Position numbers and translations under genes: made by a program. From an uncultured delta proteobacterium (GTDB lineage Bacteria; Myxococcota_A; UBA9160; SMWR01), in contig CAWHTE010000007.1 of NCBI GenBank assembly GCA_963832165.1, positions 224,001-288,000 of the forward strand: a DNA stretch of 64,000 bases. The letters are read 5' to 3'. Below the pieces are notes generated by a model. It worked only from the letters and a program-made list of their open reading frames with translations, was not told the DNA's origin and did not search any database. Shown here one piece after another: positions 10,251 through 20,006 of this stretch (positions within the stretch are counted from its first letter, which is position 1; each line of letters starts with the position of its first letter).

Positions 10251-10757
10251 ATGAACGATGCCCCGTCGATCCGGTCCGCCACGTCCGCGGATGCTGCGGC
10301 GATCGCCGCGATCTACAACTGGTACATCGTCAACACGGTGATCACGTTCGAGGTCGATCCCGTGTCCGACGACGAGATGGCGCGGCGGATCGACAGCGTG
10401 CTCGCAGCGCACGAGTGGCTCGTGCTCGATCGCGCGGGCGAGCTGCTCGGCTACGCCTACGCGGGGCGGTTTCGCGAGCGCGCTGCCTACGGACAGGCGA
10501 CCGAGTCGACGATCTATCTGCGCCACGGCCTGGAGGGGAAGGGTCTCGGGGCGCCGCTCTATACCGAGCTGATCCGACGCACGTTCGCGCGCGGGTACCG
10601 CCACCTGATCGGCGCCATCGCATTGCCCAACGAGCCGTCGGTGCGCTTTCACGAGCGGCTCGGCTTCGTGAAAGCCGGGCACCTGTTCCGGATCGGCCGC
10701 AAATTCGATCGCTGGGTCGACGTCGGGAACTGGCAGCTGGAACGGCCGGGCGACTAA
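10251..10757 (+). CDS. GNAT N-acetyltransferase (phosphinothricin acetyltransferase/YncA-like)
   Basis: IAAIYNWYI, ITFE, GKGLG, IALPNEPSVRFHERLGF, KFDRWVDV motifs. Confidence 0.92.
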   Translation: MNDAPSIRSATSADAAAIAAIYNWYIVNTVITFEVDPVSDDEMARRIDSVLAAHEWLVLDRAGELLGYAYAGRFRERAAYGQATESTIYLRHGLEGKGLGAPLYTELIRRTFARGYRHLIGAIALPNEPSVRFHERLGFVKAGHLFRIGRKFDRWVDVGNWQLERPGD

Positions 10758-10759
10758 CG

Positions 10760-11858
10760 CTACTCGGCCGCGAGCAGCTTGCCGAGCTTGAGCAGCTGCG
10801 GAGTGCCTCCGCCGAGCGCGAGCTCGAAGTGACGCGCGTGCAGGAAGTAGCGGTGGAGCGGGTATTCCTTGTCGACGCCGACGCCGCCGTGCAGGTGGGT
10901 CGCGGCGTGCACGACGCGCTTGGCGCCCTCGGCGCACCAGAACTTCGCCACGGCGACCTGCTTCGCTGCGTCGAGACCCGCTGAGATCCGCCACGCCGCC
11001 TGCCAGCTCGTGAGCCGGATCGCCTCGGTGTCGATGAACGCATCTGCAGCGCGGTGACCGACCGCCTGGAACATCGCGATCGGCTGGTCGAACTGCTTGC
11101 GCGTCTTGATGTACTCCGAGGTCAGGTCGAGCGAGGCTTCGCACAGGCCCAGCGAGATCATGCACAGCGCGGCCGTCGCGCGCAGCTCGAGCCACGCGCG
11201 CACCTTCGCGCCGCTGCCGACGGTGCCGAGCACGGCGTCGGGGCCGACGCGCACACCCGAGAGCGTCAGAAGCGATTCGGGTATGCCGCTCGTGGTCGCC
11301 ATCGGATCGAGCTGGACACCCTTCGCCTTGGGGTCGACGAGGAAGATCGTCTCCTGGCCATCGACTAGAGCGGGAACCAGCACGACGTCGGCGAACGCCG
11401 CCGCGGGAACACAGAGCTTCTTGCCCGAGAGCCGGAACCCGTCACCGTCGCGCGCGGCGATGCTCGGCGCATCTTCGACGAGCGCGGCCGTGCCGATGGC
11501 TTCGCCGCTCGCGATCTTCGGCAGCCACGCGGCGCGCTGCTCCGCACTGCCGAACTCGGCGATCGGCAGCGCTGCGAGCACGACCGTCTCGAACAGCGGG
11601 ATCGGCGCAGTGTGGCGGCCCACCTGCTCGAGGATCGCGGCCACTTCGAGGAAACCGAGCCCGGCGCCGTGCGTGCTCCTCGGGCACCGAGATGCCGAGC
11701 AGACCCGCGTCGGCGACGGCGCGCCAGAGCTCGCGGTCGAAGCGCGGTTCGCCGCGCTTCTCGAGCGCGCGCTGCAGCTCGTGGCTGCCCTTCTCGGCGA
11801 GGATCTTCGCCGTGAGGTCGCCAATCGCCTGTTGATCTTCGGAGAGCGAGAAGTCCAT
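10760..11858 (-). CDS. Acyl-CoA dehydrogenase beta subunit, FadE27/ChsE5-like, frameshift at ~11670
   Basis: MDFSLSEDQ...GLLGISVPEEH then, after a +1 shift, GAGLGFLE...RKQFDQPIAMFQAV...HLHGGVGVDKEYPLHRYF. Confidence 0.85.
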
Positions 11859-11877
11859 GGGGGGATCCTTCGCAGGG

Positions 11878-13059
11878 TTACATGCGCGGAACGCGCGGGA
11901 GGCCGAGGCCGAACAATCCGATCAGGTCGCGCTGGATCTCGTTGGTGCCGCCGCCGAAGGTCAGGATCAACAGACCTCGGTAGAGCGACTCGAGCATTCC
12001 GTCGAACACCACTTCGGGCGATCCGCGCTTGAGGTACCCGCGCTGGCCGAGGATCTCCATGAGCAGGCGGAAGCTCTCGAGATAGAACTCGGTGCCGAAC
12101 ACCTTCGTTGCCGAGGCGTCAGCGGGCGAGAGACTGCCCTTGGTGGCCGTCCAGGCGACCTTCCAGTTGATCAGGCGCAGGAACTCGAGGCCCGCGTAAA
12201 CGCGCGCGAGGTTGATCTGCACCCACTCCTGGTCGATCACCTTGCGCCCGTCGGGCAGCTGGGCGCGCTGCGCCCACGCGCGCGTCTCGTCGAAGCTGCG
12301 CTCGAGCACACCCGACGAGCACAGCGTCACGCGCTCGTGGTTGAGCTGACCCGTGATCAGCTTCCAGCCCTTGTTCGGGCCCGCGACGATGTTCTTCGCG
12401 GGCACGCGCGCATCGTCGAAGAAGACCGCGTTGATGTCGTGCTCGCCCATCAGGTGCAGCGGGTCGATTCGGATGCCGTTCGTGTTCTTCATGTCGACGA
12501 TGAGGATCGACAGGCCCGCGTGCTTGGACGCCTTCGGATCGGTTCGCACCGCGAGCCAGCAGTAGTCGGAATCGCTCGCGAGGCTCGTCCAGAGCTTCTG
12601 GCCGTTGATCACGTACTCATCGCCGACGAGGTCGGCGCGCGTGCTGAGCGCAGCGAGGTCCGTACCCGCGCCGGGCTCGCTGTAGCCGATGCAGAAATGG
12701 ATCTCGCCCGCGAGGATCTTCGGCAGGAAGAACGCCTTCTGCTCGTCGCTGCCGTGGCGCGCGATCGTGGGGCCGACCGTATTGATCGTGAGCATCGGCA
12801 CGGGGGCGCCGCTGCGCATCGATTCGTCGAAGAAGATGAACTGCTCGATCTCGGAGCGGCCTTGACCGCCGTATTGCGTCGGCCAACCGATCCCGAGCCA
12901 GCCATCGGCGCCCATCTGTCGGACGACCTTGCGGTGGTTCGGTCCGACCCCGTGCTCCTTGGCGAGCGCCGCGCGGACCTCCGGCGTGAGCAGCTTCTCG
13001 TAATAGGCCCGGATCTCCTTGCGCAGGGCCTCCTGCTCCTCGGTGTATCCGATGTACAT
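11878..13059 (-). CDS. Acyl-CoA dehydrogenase alpha subunit, FadE26/ChsE4-like
   Basis: YTEEQEALRKEIRAYYEKLLTPE, IGYSEPGAGTDLA, QLNHERV, ILTFGGGTNEIQRD closely resemble the actinobacterial FadE26 family. Confidence 0.88.
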   Translation of the reverse strand: MYIGYTEEQEALRKEIRAYYEKLLTPEVRAALAKEHGVGPNHRKVVRQMGADGWLGIGWPTQYGGQGRSEIEQFIFFDESMRSGAPVPMLTINTVGPTIARHGSDEQKAFFLPKILAGEIHFCIGYSEPGAGTDLAALSTRADLVGDEYVINGQKLWTSLASDSDYCWLAVRTDPKASKHAGLSILIVDMKNTNGIRIDPLHLMGEHDINAVFFDDARVPAKNIVAGPNKGWKLITGQLNHERVTLCSSGVLERSFDETRAWAQRAQLPDGRKVIDQEWVQINLARVYAGLEFLRLINWKVAWTATKGSLSPADASATKVFGTEFYLESFRLLMEILGQRGYLKRGSPEVVFDGMLESLYRGLLILTFGGGTNEIQRDLIGLFGLGLPRVPRM

Positions 13060-13087
13060 AGGGGTCGACCTCGTAGGACGCGGGGTG

Positions 13088-13101
13088 TGAAACGTGTTCT
13101 A
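13088..13101. promoter_or_regulatory. KstR-type operator
   Basis: TGAAACGTGTTCTA matches TnnAACnnGTTnnA exactly and lies ~29 bp upstream of the fadE26-like start. Confidence 0.7.
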
Positions 13102-13121
13102 TTTTCGCGCGTCCAGAAAAA

Positions 13122-13185
13122 TTCGTCTAGGACCCTGTCCGAAAGGGTGCCTGTTCGTTTAGGACCTGCCCAAAGAGGGTGGTCC
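13122..13185. repeat. Imperfect ~31 bp tandem direct repeat, each unit hairpin-forming
   Basis: TTCGTCTAGGACCCTGTCCGAAAGGGTGCC followed by TTCGTTTAGGACCTGCCCAAAGAGGGTGGTCC. Confidence 0.6.
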
Positions 13186-13334
13186 GGTAGCCCCTGAGAC
13201 CCCGAAATCCCGGGATGTCACGGGCCTGTGGCTTGGATGCCTGCGCGACGTGCCCACAATGGGGGTCGCGCAGAGCTGCCGTCGGTCTGCACTGAACCAG
13301 CAGGCTGTTTTGCGCAACCAAACGCAGTGTATCG

Positions 13335-16300
13335 ATGACACCTCCACTGGAATCCATGGTACCTACGTTGCGAGGCGCATCGCCGTCCTGGCGAGCCGCT
13401 GGAGCCCTCGACGTGTCTCAGGCCGAGCCCCTTCCGTTCGTCGACACGCCGGCCCCCCGGACCGGCGACCTCCCCGCGTCTCTACCTGAAACGGGAACCG
13501 GGACCGGGTCCCGCCGCGGCCGCGCCGCGCGCCTGGGCGTCCGGCTCACGTTGATGCTGCTGATCGCCACCGGGGTCGCGGTGTTCGCGGCCTGGGAGAT
13601 GCGCACGTTCGGCTTCGAGGCCTACCTCTTCCACAGCGCAGCGCGCGGCGCCGCCTTCGAAGTGCGGCCGGGCGTGGCGAGCTGGGATCTTCCGGCACCG
13701 GAAGGCCCCTACGACCGCCGCATGGGCTACGCGGGTCTGCGCCGGACCGTCTCGCTACTGCATGCGCAGGGCTTCGACGTGATTGCGCAGGCGCGTTCGA
13801 ATGCCGAGCTCGAGCGGATCACGAGCTACGGGCTGTTCCCGCCCTACCGCGAGAAGCCCCAGGCGGGCCTTCAGATCCGTGGCCGGGCGGGTGCGCCGCT
13901 GTTCGAGGCGACGCACCCCGTGCGCGCGTACACACGCTTCGAGGACATCCCGCCGGTGCTGGTCGCGTCGCTCTTGTTCATCGAGAACCGCGAGCTGCTC
14001 GACGACGCCGCGCCGCGCCGCAATCCGGCGGTGGAGTGGGATCGACTCGTGCGGGCGCTCTGGACCGCCACCGGATCGGGCGGGCCCGGCGGCAGCACGC
14101 TCGCCACGCAGATCGAGAAGTTCCGCCACTCGCCCGAGGGCATCACGAGCTCGCCGCACGAGAAGCTGCGCCAGATGCTCTCGGCGAGTCTGCGCGCGTA
14201 CCAGGACGGCGACGTCACCACCGAAACGCGGCGCCAGGTCGTGGTCGACTACTTGAACGGCGTGCCGCTCTCGGCCGTGCCGGGCGGCGGCGAAGTGATC
14301 GGGCTCGGCGACGGCCTGGCGGCCTGGTATGGCGCGAGCTTCGACGAGGTGAACCGGCGGCTCGCCGCTCCGATCGCGCTCGAGAACGGCGATCGCGAAG
14401 AGGTGGCACGCGCCTACGTGCTGGCGCTCTCGCTGTTCGTGGCACAGCGGCGCCCCACCACGCTGCTGCTCGATCATCCCGACGAGCTGGTCGCGCAGAC
14501 GCGCGCTCATCTGCCGCGGCTCGCGCGCGCGGGCGTGATCTCGGCCGAGCTCCGCGACGCGGCGCTCGCGGTCGACTTCCGCCCCTCCCGCGCCGGCCAG
14601 CCCGACGGCGGAAACCATCGGCTCGCGCGACGCCTCGCTGGTCCCGTGCGCGCACGACTCGCGGGGCTGCTCGGAACACGCGGCTTCTACGATCTCGATC
14701 GCCTCGATCTCGGCGTCGAGAGCACGCTCGACGCCCGCGCGCAGGAGCTGCTCTCTGCGCGCGTCGAGCGCCTCTCCGATCCGAGCGTGGCTGCCGAAAC
14801 CGGCCTCCTGGGCGTTCGGCTGCTCGACCCGGGCACTTCCGACGGCGTCAAGTTCAGCTTGAACGTCTACGAGCGCGGCGCGGACGCGCATCGGCTGCGC
14901 GCGCAGGTCGACAACTCCGACGGCGCGCTCGATCTCAGCGACGGCGTGAAGCTCGACCTCGGCTCGACCGCCAAGCTCCGCACGTTCGTGACCTATCTCG
15001 AGCTGATCGCGCAGGTGCACGACCGGCTCGCCGCGCTGCCGATCGCCGAGCGCGCCGCCCTCGAGCTTCCGCCCTCGGACCGGCTCGGGCGCTGGGTCCA
15101 GGCGGAGATGGTCGCGCATCCCAGCGCGTCGCTCGCCGACGTTCTCGACGCATCGCTCGAGCGCCGCTATTCGGGGAGCCCGTACGCGGCGTTCTTCACG
15201 GGCGGCGGCGAGCACCGCTTCTCGAACTTCGATTCCGCCGACGACGAGCGCCGTCCGAGCGTGCGCGAAGCGTTCCAGCGCTCGGTGAATCTCGTGTTCG
15301 TGCGCCTGATGCGCGACGTCGTCGATCACGTGATGGCTTCGCAGCTCGAGTTGGATGCGATACTCCAGGCGCCGAAGGACGACTCGCGCCGGCGCGCGTA
15401 CCTCTGGAACTTCGCCCACTCCGAAGGCAGCGTGTTCATCGCGAAGGCCTACTCGCGCTTCGCGGCGCTCGAGCCCGACGCTGTGCTCGCGAAGCTCTAC
15501 GAGAACCGCAAGCCTTCGCCAAAGGCCGTCTCCGCTGCGATCCGAGCCGTAGACCCGAACGCCGATCTCGCGTCGTTCAGCGAGCGGCTCGTCGCCCTGT
15601 TGCCGGATGCGGCGCTCGCGGAGGATCTGGTAGCGAAGCTCTACGCGCAGTCGGATCCCGCGCGCTGGTCGCTCCAGGACCGCGGCTATCTCGCGCGCGT
15701 GCACCCGCTCGAGCTCTGGCTGCTCGCCCATCTGCGCGAGCACCCCCGTGCGACGCTCGCCGAGGTGATCGATGCGAGCCGCGGCGAGCGCCTCGATGCC
15801 TACCGCTGGCTGTTCCGCTCCAAGCAGCGCTTCGCGCAGAATCGCCGCATCCGCACGATGCTCGAGCGCGAGGCGTTCCGGCGCATCCACGCACAGTGGC
15901 AGAGCACGGGCTATCCGTTCCCCTCGCTCGTTCCGTCACTCGCCACCGCGCTCGGCACCTCGGCGGATCGGCCGACCGCACTGGCCGAGCTCATGGGCAT
16001 TCTCGCGAGCGACGGCGTGCGCGTGCCGATCCGCCGGATCGAGTCGATGCGCTTCGCCGCCGACACGCCCTACGAAACGCTGCTCGCGCCGTCGTTGTCC
16101 GCGCCCGAGCAGGTGCTGCGACCCGAGGTATGCGCCGTGGTGCGGCGCGCGCTCGTGTCGACGGTGGAAGGCGGCACCGCAGCGCGCGCGCGCGGCGCGC
16201 TGCGCCACGCCGACGGCTCGGTCGCGATGGTGGGCGGCAAGACCGGCACCGGCGACCACCGCTTCAAGGTGATCGCGCGCGATCAGCGCATCCTCGAGGA

Positions 16301-16514
16301 GCGGCCGATCTCGCGCTCGGCCGTGTTCGCGTTCCTGATCGACGACCGCTTCTTCGGCGTGCTCACCGCGGTGGTCACGGGTCCGGAAGCGGGCCGCTAC
16401 CACTTCACGAGCTCGCTGCCGGTGCAGATCTTCACCGCGCTGATGCCGGAGGCCTTCCCTGTGCTCGAGGCCGGCGCACCGAGCCCCGAGCCGAAGGTCG
16501 CGCAGGCTCGCTAG
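13335..16514 (+). CDS. Large bifunctional transglycosylase/transpeptidase (class A PBP-like)
   Basis: N-terminal TM helix; GT51-like IENREL and GGSTLATQIEK; transpeptidase SxxK (GSTAK), SVN and KTGTG. Confidence 0.85.
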   Translation: MTPPLESMVPTLRGASPSWRAAGALDVSQAEPLPFVDTPAPRTGDLPASLPETGTGTGSRRGRAARLGVRLTLMLLIATGVAVFAAWEMRTFGFEAYLFHSAARGAAFEVRPGVASWDLPAPEGPYDRRMGYAGLRRTVSLLHAQGFDVIAQARSNAELERITSYGLFPPYREKPQAGLQIRGRAGAPLFEATHPVRAYTRFEDIPPVLVASLLFIENRELLDDAAPRRNPAVEWDRLVRALWTATGSGGPGGSTLATQIEKFRHSPEGITSSPHEKLRQMLSASLRAYQDGDVTTETRRQVVVDYLNGVPLSAVPGGGEVIGLGDGLAAWYGASFDEVNRRLAAPIALENGDREEVARAYVLALSLFVAQRRPTTLLLDHPDELVAQTRAHLPRLARAGVISAELRDAALAVDFRPSRAGQPDGGNHRLARRLAGPVRARLAGLLGTRGFYDLDRLDLGVESTLDARAQELLSARVERLSDPSVAAETGLLGVRLLDPGTSDGVKFSLNVYERGADAHRLRAQVDNSDGALDLSDGVKLDLGSTAKLRTFVTYLELIAQVHDRLAALPIAERAALELPPSDRLGRWVQAEMVAHPSASLADVLDASLERRYSGSPYAAFFTGGGEHRFSNFDSADDERRPSVREAFQRSVNLVFVRLMRDVVDHVMASQLELDAILQAPKDDSRRRAYLWNFAHSEGSVFIAKAYSRFAALEPDAVLAKLYENRKPSPKAVSAAIRAVDPNADLASFSERLVALLPDAALAEDLVAKLYAQSDPARWSLQDRGYLARVHPLELWLLAHLREHPRATLAEVIDASRGERLDAYRWLFRSKQRFAQNRRIRTMLEREAFRRIHAQWQSTGYPFPSLVPSLATALGTSADRPTALAELMGILASDGVRVPIRRIESMRFAADTPYETLLAPSLSAPEQVLRPEVCAVVRRALVSTVEGGTAARARGALRHADGSVAMVGGKTGTGDHRFKVIARDQRILEERPISRSAVFAFLIDDRFFGVLTAVVTGPEAGRYHFTSSLPVQIFTALMPEAFPVLEAGAPSPEPKVAQAR

Positions 16515-17131
16515 AGGTTGTTGCGGTAGTCGTCCTCGACCGCGGCGTCGAACTTCGCAGCGACGTCGTCGGCGAGCTTGAATCGCTTCACGGCCATCGC
16601 GCCGAACGAGATCTTCAGACGCGCCGACCAGCTCTCCGGCTTCCAGAGCTTGCTGCGGATGAACGCCTTCGCGCAGTGGTGGAAGCATTCCTCCACGTGG
16701 ATCCGGATCCCGAGCACGGCGGGCTTGCCGCGTGCGGCGAGGCGCGCGAGCAGATCGGGGTCGGCCGTGAGCGTCGCGGTTCCGTTCACGCGCACGGTCT
16801 CGGGCGTACCGGGCAGCATGAAGATCACGCCGACGCGCGGGTTCGTGAGGATGTTCTGGAGCCCGTACACGAGCTTGTTTCCGGGTCGATCCGGAATCAC
16901 GAGCGTGCGCTCGTCCTCGATCAGGCAGAAGCCCGGATCGTCGCCCTTCGGCGAGGCATCGAGATTCCCCTCGGCATCGGAGGTCGCGAGCACGAGGAAG
17001 GGTGAGCGCTCGATGTACTCGCGCGCCTCGTCACTGATCGTGTTCTGGTTCTTGAGGCCCAGCCCGGGAATCGGATCGCCGATGATGCCGCGCAGCGCCT
17101 CGAGGTCGTCGATCGAGTGGGGGTCGCCCAT
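16511..17131 (-). CDS. Pyridoxamine 5'-phosphate oxidase-like FMN-binding protein (MSMEG_1061 family)
   Basis: DASPKGDDPGF, IPDRPGNK, RVNG, HCAKAFIRSKLW motifs. Confidence 0.9.
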   Translation of the reverse strand: MGDPHSIDDLEALRGIIGDPIPGLGLKNQNTISDEAREYIERSPFLVLATSDAEGNLDASPKGDDPGFCLIEDERTLVIPDRPGNKLVYGLQNILTNPRVGVIFMLPGTPETVRVNGTATLTADPDLLARLAARGKPAVLGIRIHVEECFHHCAKAFIRSKLWKPESWSARLKISFGAMAVKRFKLADDVAAKFDAAVEDDYRNNL

Positions 17132-17161
17132 GAGATCCTCCAGCCAGAATGGACGCCCACT

Positions 17162-17749
17162 CTAGCAGGGGAGCCCCGCTCCATTCGCCGCGCGCCGGGC
17201 CCGGAACCGGAACGATCGCTCGACGCGGTCGACGCGCACCTCGGCGAATCCGGCACGCTCGAGCCGTTCTCCGAACGTGTTCGGATCCACGGGCACCATC
17301 GTGTCGCCCCAGTGCACGAGCCGGAACAGCGGACTCACGAGGCTGTCCGACCCGACCAGCCACGCGCCGGGCGCGAGCACGCGCGCCACCTCGGCGAGCA
17401 GGCGATCCTGCAGCGCCGCCGACGGCACGTGGTGCAGCATCGTGCACGACACCGCGCCCGTGAAGCGGCCCGCCCGGAACGGCAGGTCGGTGGCGTCGGC
17501 CTCCACCACCTCGACCCGCTCGCCCACGTGGCGTCGAGCCAGGGATGCCGCGAGCGCGGGATCCACCTCGACGCAGGTCAGGTGGGGGACGCGCTCGGCG
17601 AGCACATCGGTGGTGAGCCCGGGCCCGGGCCCGACCTCGAGCACGTCGCCGCCGAGATCGACGTCGCCGAGCACCCAGGGCAGGAGGCGCTCCCGCACGG
17701 TGCGGCGCCAGGTTCCAGATCGACAGTACCAGCGGTGGATGGTGTTCAT
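17162..17749 (-). CDS. Class I SAM-dependent methyltransferase
   Basis: MNTIHRWYCRS start, VLEVGPGPG, DATDLPF, MLHHVP motifs. Confidence 0.88.
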   Translation of the reverse strand: MNTIHRWYCRSGTWRRTVRERLLPWVLGDVDLGGDVLEVGPGPGLTTDVLAERVPHLTCVEVDPALAASLARRHVGERVEVVEADATDLPFRAGRFTGAVSCTMLHHVPSAALQDRLLAEVARVLAPGAWLVGSDSLVSPLFRLVHWGDTMVPVDPNTFGERLERAGFAEVRVDRVERSFRFRARRAANGAGLPC

Positions 17750-17802
17750 ATGGCGACTTTCGCCGATGGATCGACGACGTTCTTCGCGTATTCTGACAAC
17801 TG

Positions 17803-18639
17803 ATGTCGAATATCCGTCAATCGACACGCGCGCCGCTCGTCCCCCACGCGCTCGCGCGGCCGCTCGAAGGCCTCGCCGCCGAGTACGAACCCGGCCACGA
17901 GATCGCGCTCCACCAGCACCCGTTTGCTCAGCTGATCTACGCATCGAGCGGCGTGATGACCGTGACCACCGAGCACGGCACCTGGGTGGTGCCGCCCGAG
18001 CGCGCCGTCTGGGTTCCTGCGCGCGTGGGCCACGCGATCCGGATGACCGGCCGCGTGTCGATGCGCACGGTCTATCTCTCCGAAGCGCTCGGGCCGCTCG
18101 CGGGCAGCACGTGCTGCGTCGTGCAGGTTTCGGCGCTGCTGCGCGAGAGCATTTTGCGCGCGGTGGAGTTCGCGAAGCCGTACCGCGAGGACGGACCCGA
18201 GGCGCGGCTCGTGGCCGTGATCGCCGACGAGATCCGCGCCGCACCGACCGCGCCGTTGCACCTGCCGTTGCCGAGCGATCCGCGCGCACGCCGCGTCGCG
18301 GACGCGCTGCGCGCGAGTCCGGGCGATCCGCGCACCCTCGCCGACTGGGCGCAGCTCGCGGGAGCTTCCGCGCGCACGCTCGAGCGCGTGTTCGAGCGCG
18401 AGACGAAGCTGTCGTTCGGCGCCTGGCGCCAGCAAGCTCGCCTGTTGCGCGGGCTCGAACAGCTCGCGGCGGGTGAGCCCGTGACGTCGGTGGCGCTCGA
18501 CCTCGGCTACGAGACGCCGAGCGCGTTCATCGCGATGTTCCGGCGCGCGCTCGGCACGTCGCCCGGACGCTACTTCCGGACCGCAATCAGACCGGAGGCC
18601 GGCGCGCAGCGAGCGCAAGTTTCGCGCAGCGAGCCGTAG
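17803..18639 (+). CDS. AraC family transcriptional regulator (cupin + HTH, NimR-like)
   Basis: HQHPFAQL cupin, SARTLERVF, VALDLGYETPSAFIAMFRRALG; divergent from the methyltransferase. Confidence 0.92.
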   Translation: MSNIRQSTRAPLVPHALARPLEGLAAEYEPGHEIALHQHPFAQLIYASSGVMTVTTEHGTWVVPPERAVWVPARVGHAIRMTGRVSMRTVYLSEALGPLAGSTCCVVQVSALLRESILRAVEFAKPYREDGPEARLVAVIADEIRAAPTAPLHLPLPSDPRARRVADALRASPGDPRTLADWAQLAGASARTLERVFERETKLSFGAWRQQARLLRGLEQLAAGEPVTSVALDLGYETPSAFIAMFRRALGTSPGRYFRTAIRPEAGAQRAQVSRSEP

Positions 18640-18728
18640 GCGAGCGAAGACCATAAGGGGGGCGAGCGAAGATCGGACAGGTGGATCGAATCGACCGCGC
18701 CCGGGCGCTGTGCTTCCCTTCCGCGACC

Positions 18729-20006
18729 ATGCTCGACCCGCGCAGCCTCGACGAGAGACGCGACGAGATCGCCGAGAGCGGCCGAAGGCGCGGCGTCGCG
18801 CTCGATATCGACGCTGCGGTCGCCGCGCAGCGCGCGGCCTCGGCGCTCCAGACCGAGCTCAACGAGGCCAACCGGCTGCGCAACGAGCACCAGGAGGCCG
18901 GCAAGCGCAAGCTCTCGCCCGAGGAGCGAGAGGCCCATACCGCGCAGGGACGCCGCCTCAAGGAGGAAGTCGCCGCGCTCGAAGCCAGGCTCGCAGATGC
19001 GCGCGCGGCACTCGACGAGCGCATGAAGGCGTTCCCGAACTTCGTGCACCCCGAGGTGCCGAGCGGCGGCGAGGCCGACTTCCGCGAGCTGCGCCGCGTC
19101 GGCGAGCCGACGCGCTTCGACTTCACTCCCGTGGATCACGTCGCGCTCGGCCAGAAGCTCGGCCTGTTCGACTTCGAATCAGGCGCGAAGGTGACCGGCC
19201 AGAAGTTCTACTTCCTCTCTGGCGAGGCGGTGATCGTCGAGCTCGCGCTGCAGCGGCTCGCGCTCGATCTGCTGCTCGAGGAGGGCTTCCGGATCTACAC
19301 CACGCCGGATCTCGCGCGGCGTCGGATCGTCGACGCGATGGCGTTCAGCCCGCGCGGGCCCGAGACGCAGATCTACTCGGTCGAGGGCACCGATCTCGAC
19401 CTGATCGGCACCGCCGAGATCACGCTCGGCGGAATGTACGAGGACGCCGTGCTCGAGGAGGACGACCTCCCGATCAAGATCGGCGGTATCTCGCACTGCT
19501 ACCGCACCGAGGCCGGCGCCGCGGGGCGCGAGAGCAAGGGCCTGTACCGCGTGCACCAGTTCACGAAGGTGGAGATGTTCGCGTTCACGCGCCCGGAGGA
19601 TTCCGAGGCGATGCACGGCGAGCTGCTGCGCATCGAGGAGCGCGTGTTCTCGGCGCTGCGGATTCCCTATCGCGTGATCGACATCGCGGCGGGCGACCTC
19701 GGGGCACCGGCGTACCGCAAGTTCGACATCGAAGCCTGGCTGCCCGGTCGCGGCGAGCGCGGCGATTGGGGCGAGGTCACCAGCACCTCGAACTGCACCG
19801 ACTTCCAGGCGCGGCGCCTGCGCACGCGGTTCCGGCGCAAGGGCAGCAAGAAGAACGAGCTCGTGCACACTTTGAACGGCACGGCCGTGGCGATCGCGCG
19901 CGCGCTGATCGCTCTCTTCGAGAACCACCAGCAGGCCGACGGCTCGATCGCGATCCCCGAAGCGCTCCGCAGCTACACGGGCTTCGACCGCATTGGACCG
20001 CGTTAG
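18729..20006 (+). CDS. serS: Serine--tRNA ligase
   Basis: Coiled-coil N-terminus, GTAE, CYRTEAG, GLYRVHQFTKVEMF, EVTSTSNCTDFQARR, HTLNGTA. Confidence 0.97.
   Translation: MLDPRSLDERRDEIAESGRRRGVALDIDAAVAAQRAASALQTELNEANRLRNEHQEAGKRKLSPEEREAHTAQGRRLKEEVAALEARLADARAALDERMKAFPNFVHPEVPSGGEADFRELRRVGEPTRFDFTPVDHVALGQKLGLFDFESGAKVTGQKFYFLSGEAVIVELALQRLALDLLLEEGFRIYTTPDLARRRIVDAMAFSPRGPETQIYSVEGTDLDLIGTAEITLGGMYEDAVLEEDDLPIKIGGISHCYRTEAGAAGRESKGLYRVHQFTKVEMFAFTRPEDSEAMHGELLRIEERVFSALRIPYRVIDIAAGDLGAPAYRKFDIEAWLPGRGERGDWGEVTSTSNCTDFQARRLRTRFRRKGSKKNELVHTLNGTAVAIARALIALFENHQQADGSIAIPEALRSYTGFDRIGPR

Noticed and set aside
11660..11680. Programmed frameshifting in the fadE27-like gene (and the sulfotransferase)
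   Set aside because: No slippery heptamer or stimulatory structure is evident; sequencing error or a recent mutation is more parsimonious.
13120..13200. c-di-GMP or other known riboswitch
   Set aside because: Hairpins are present but I could not match the conserved aptamer motifs.
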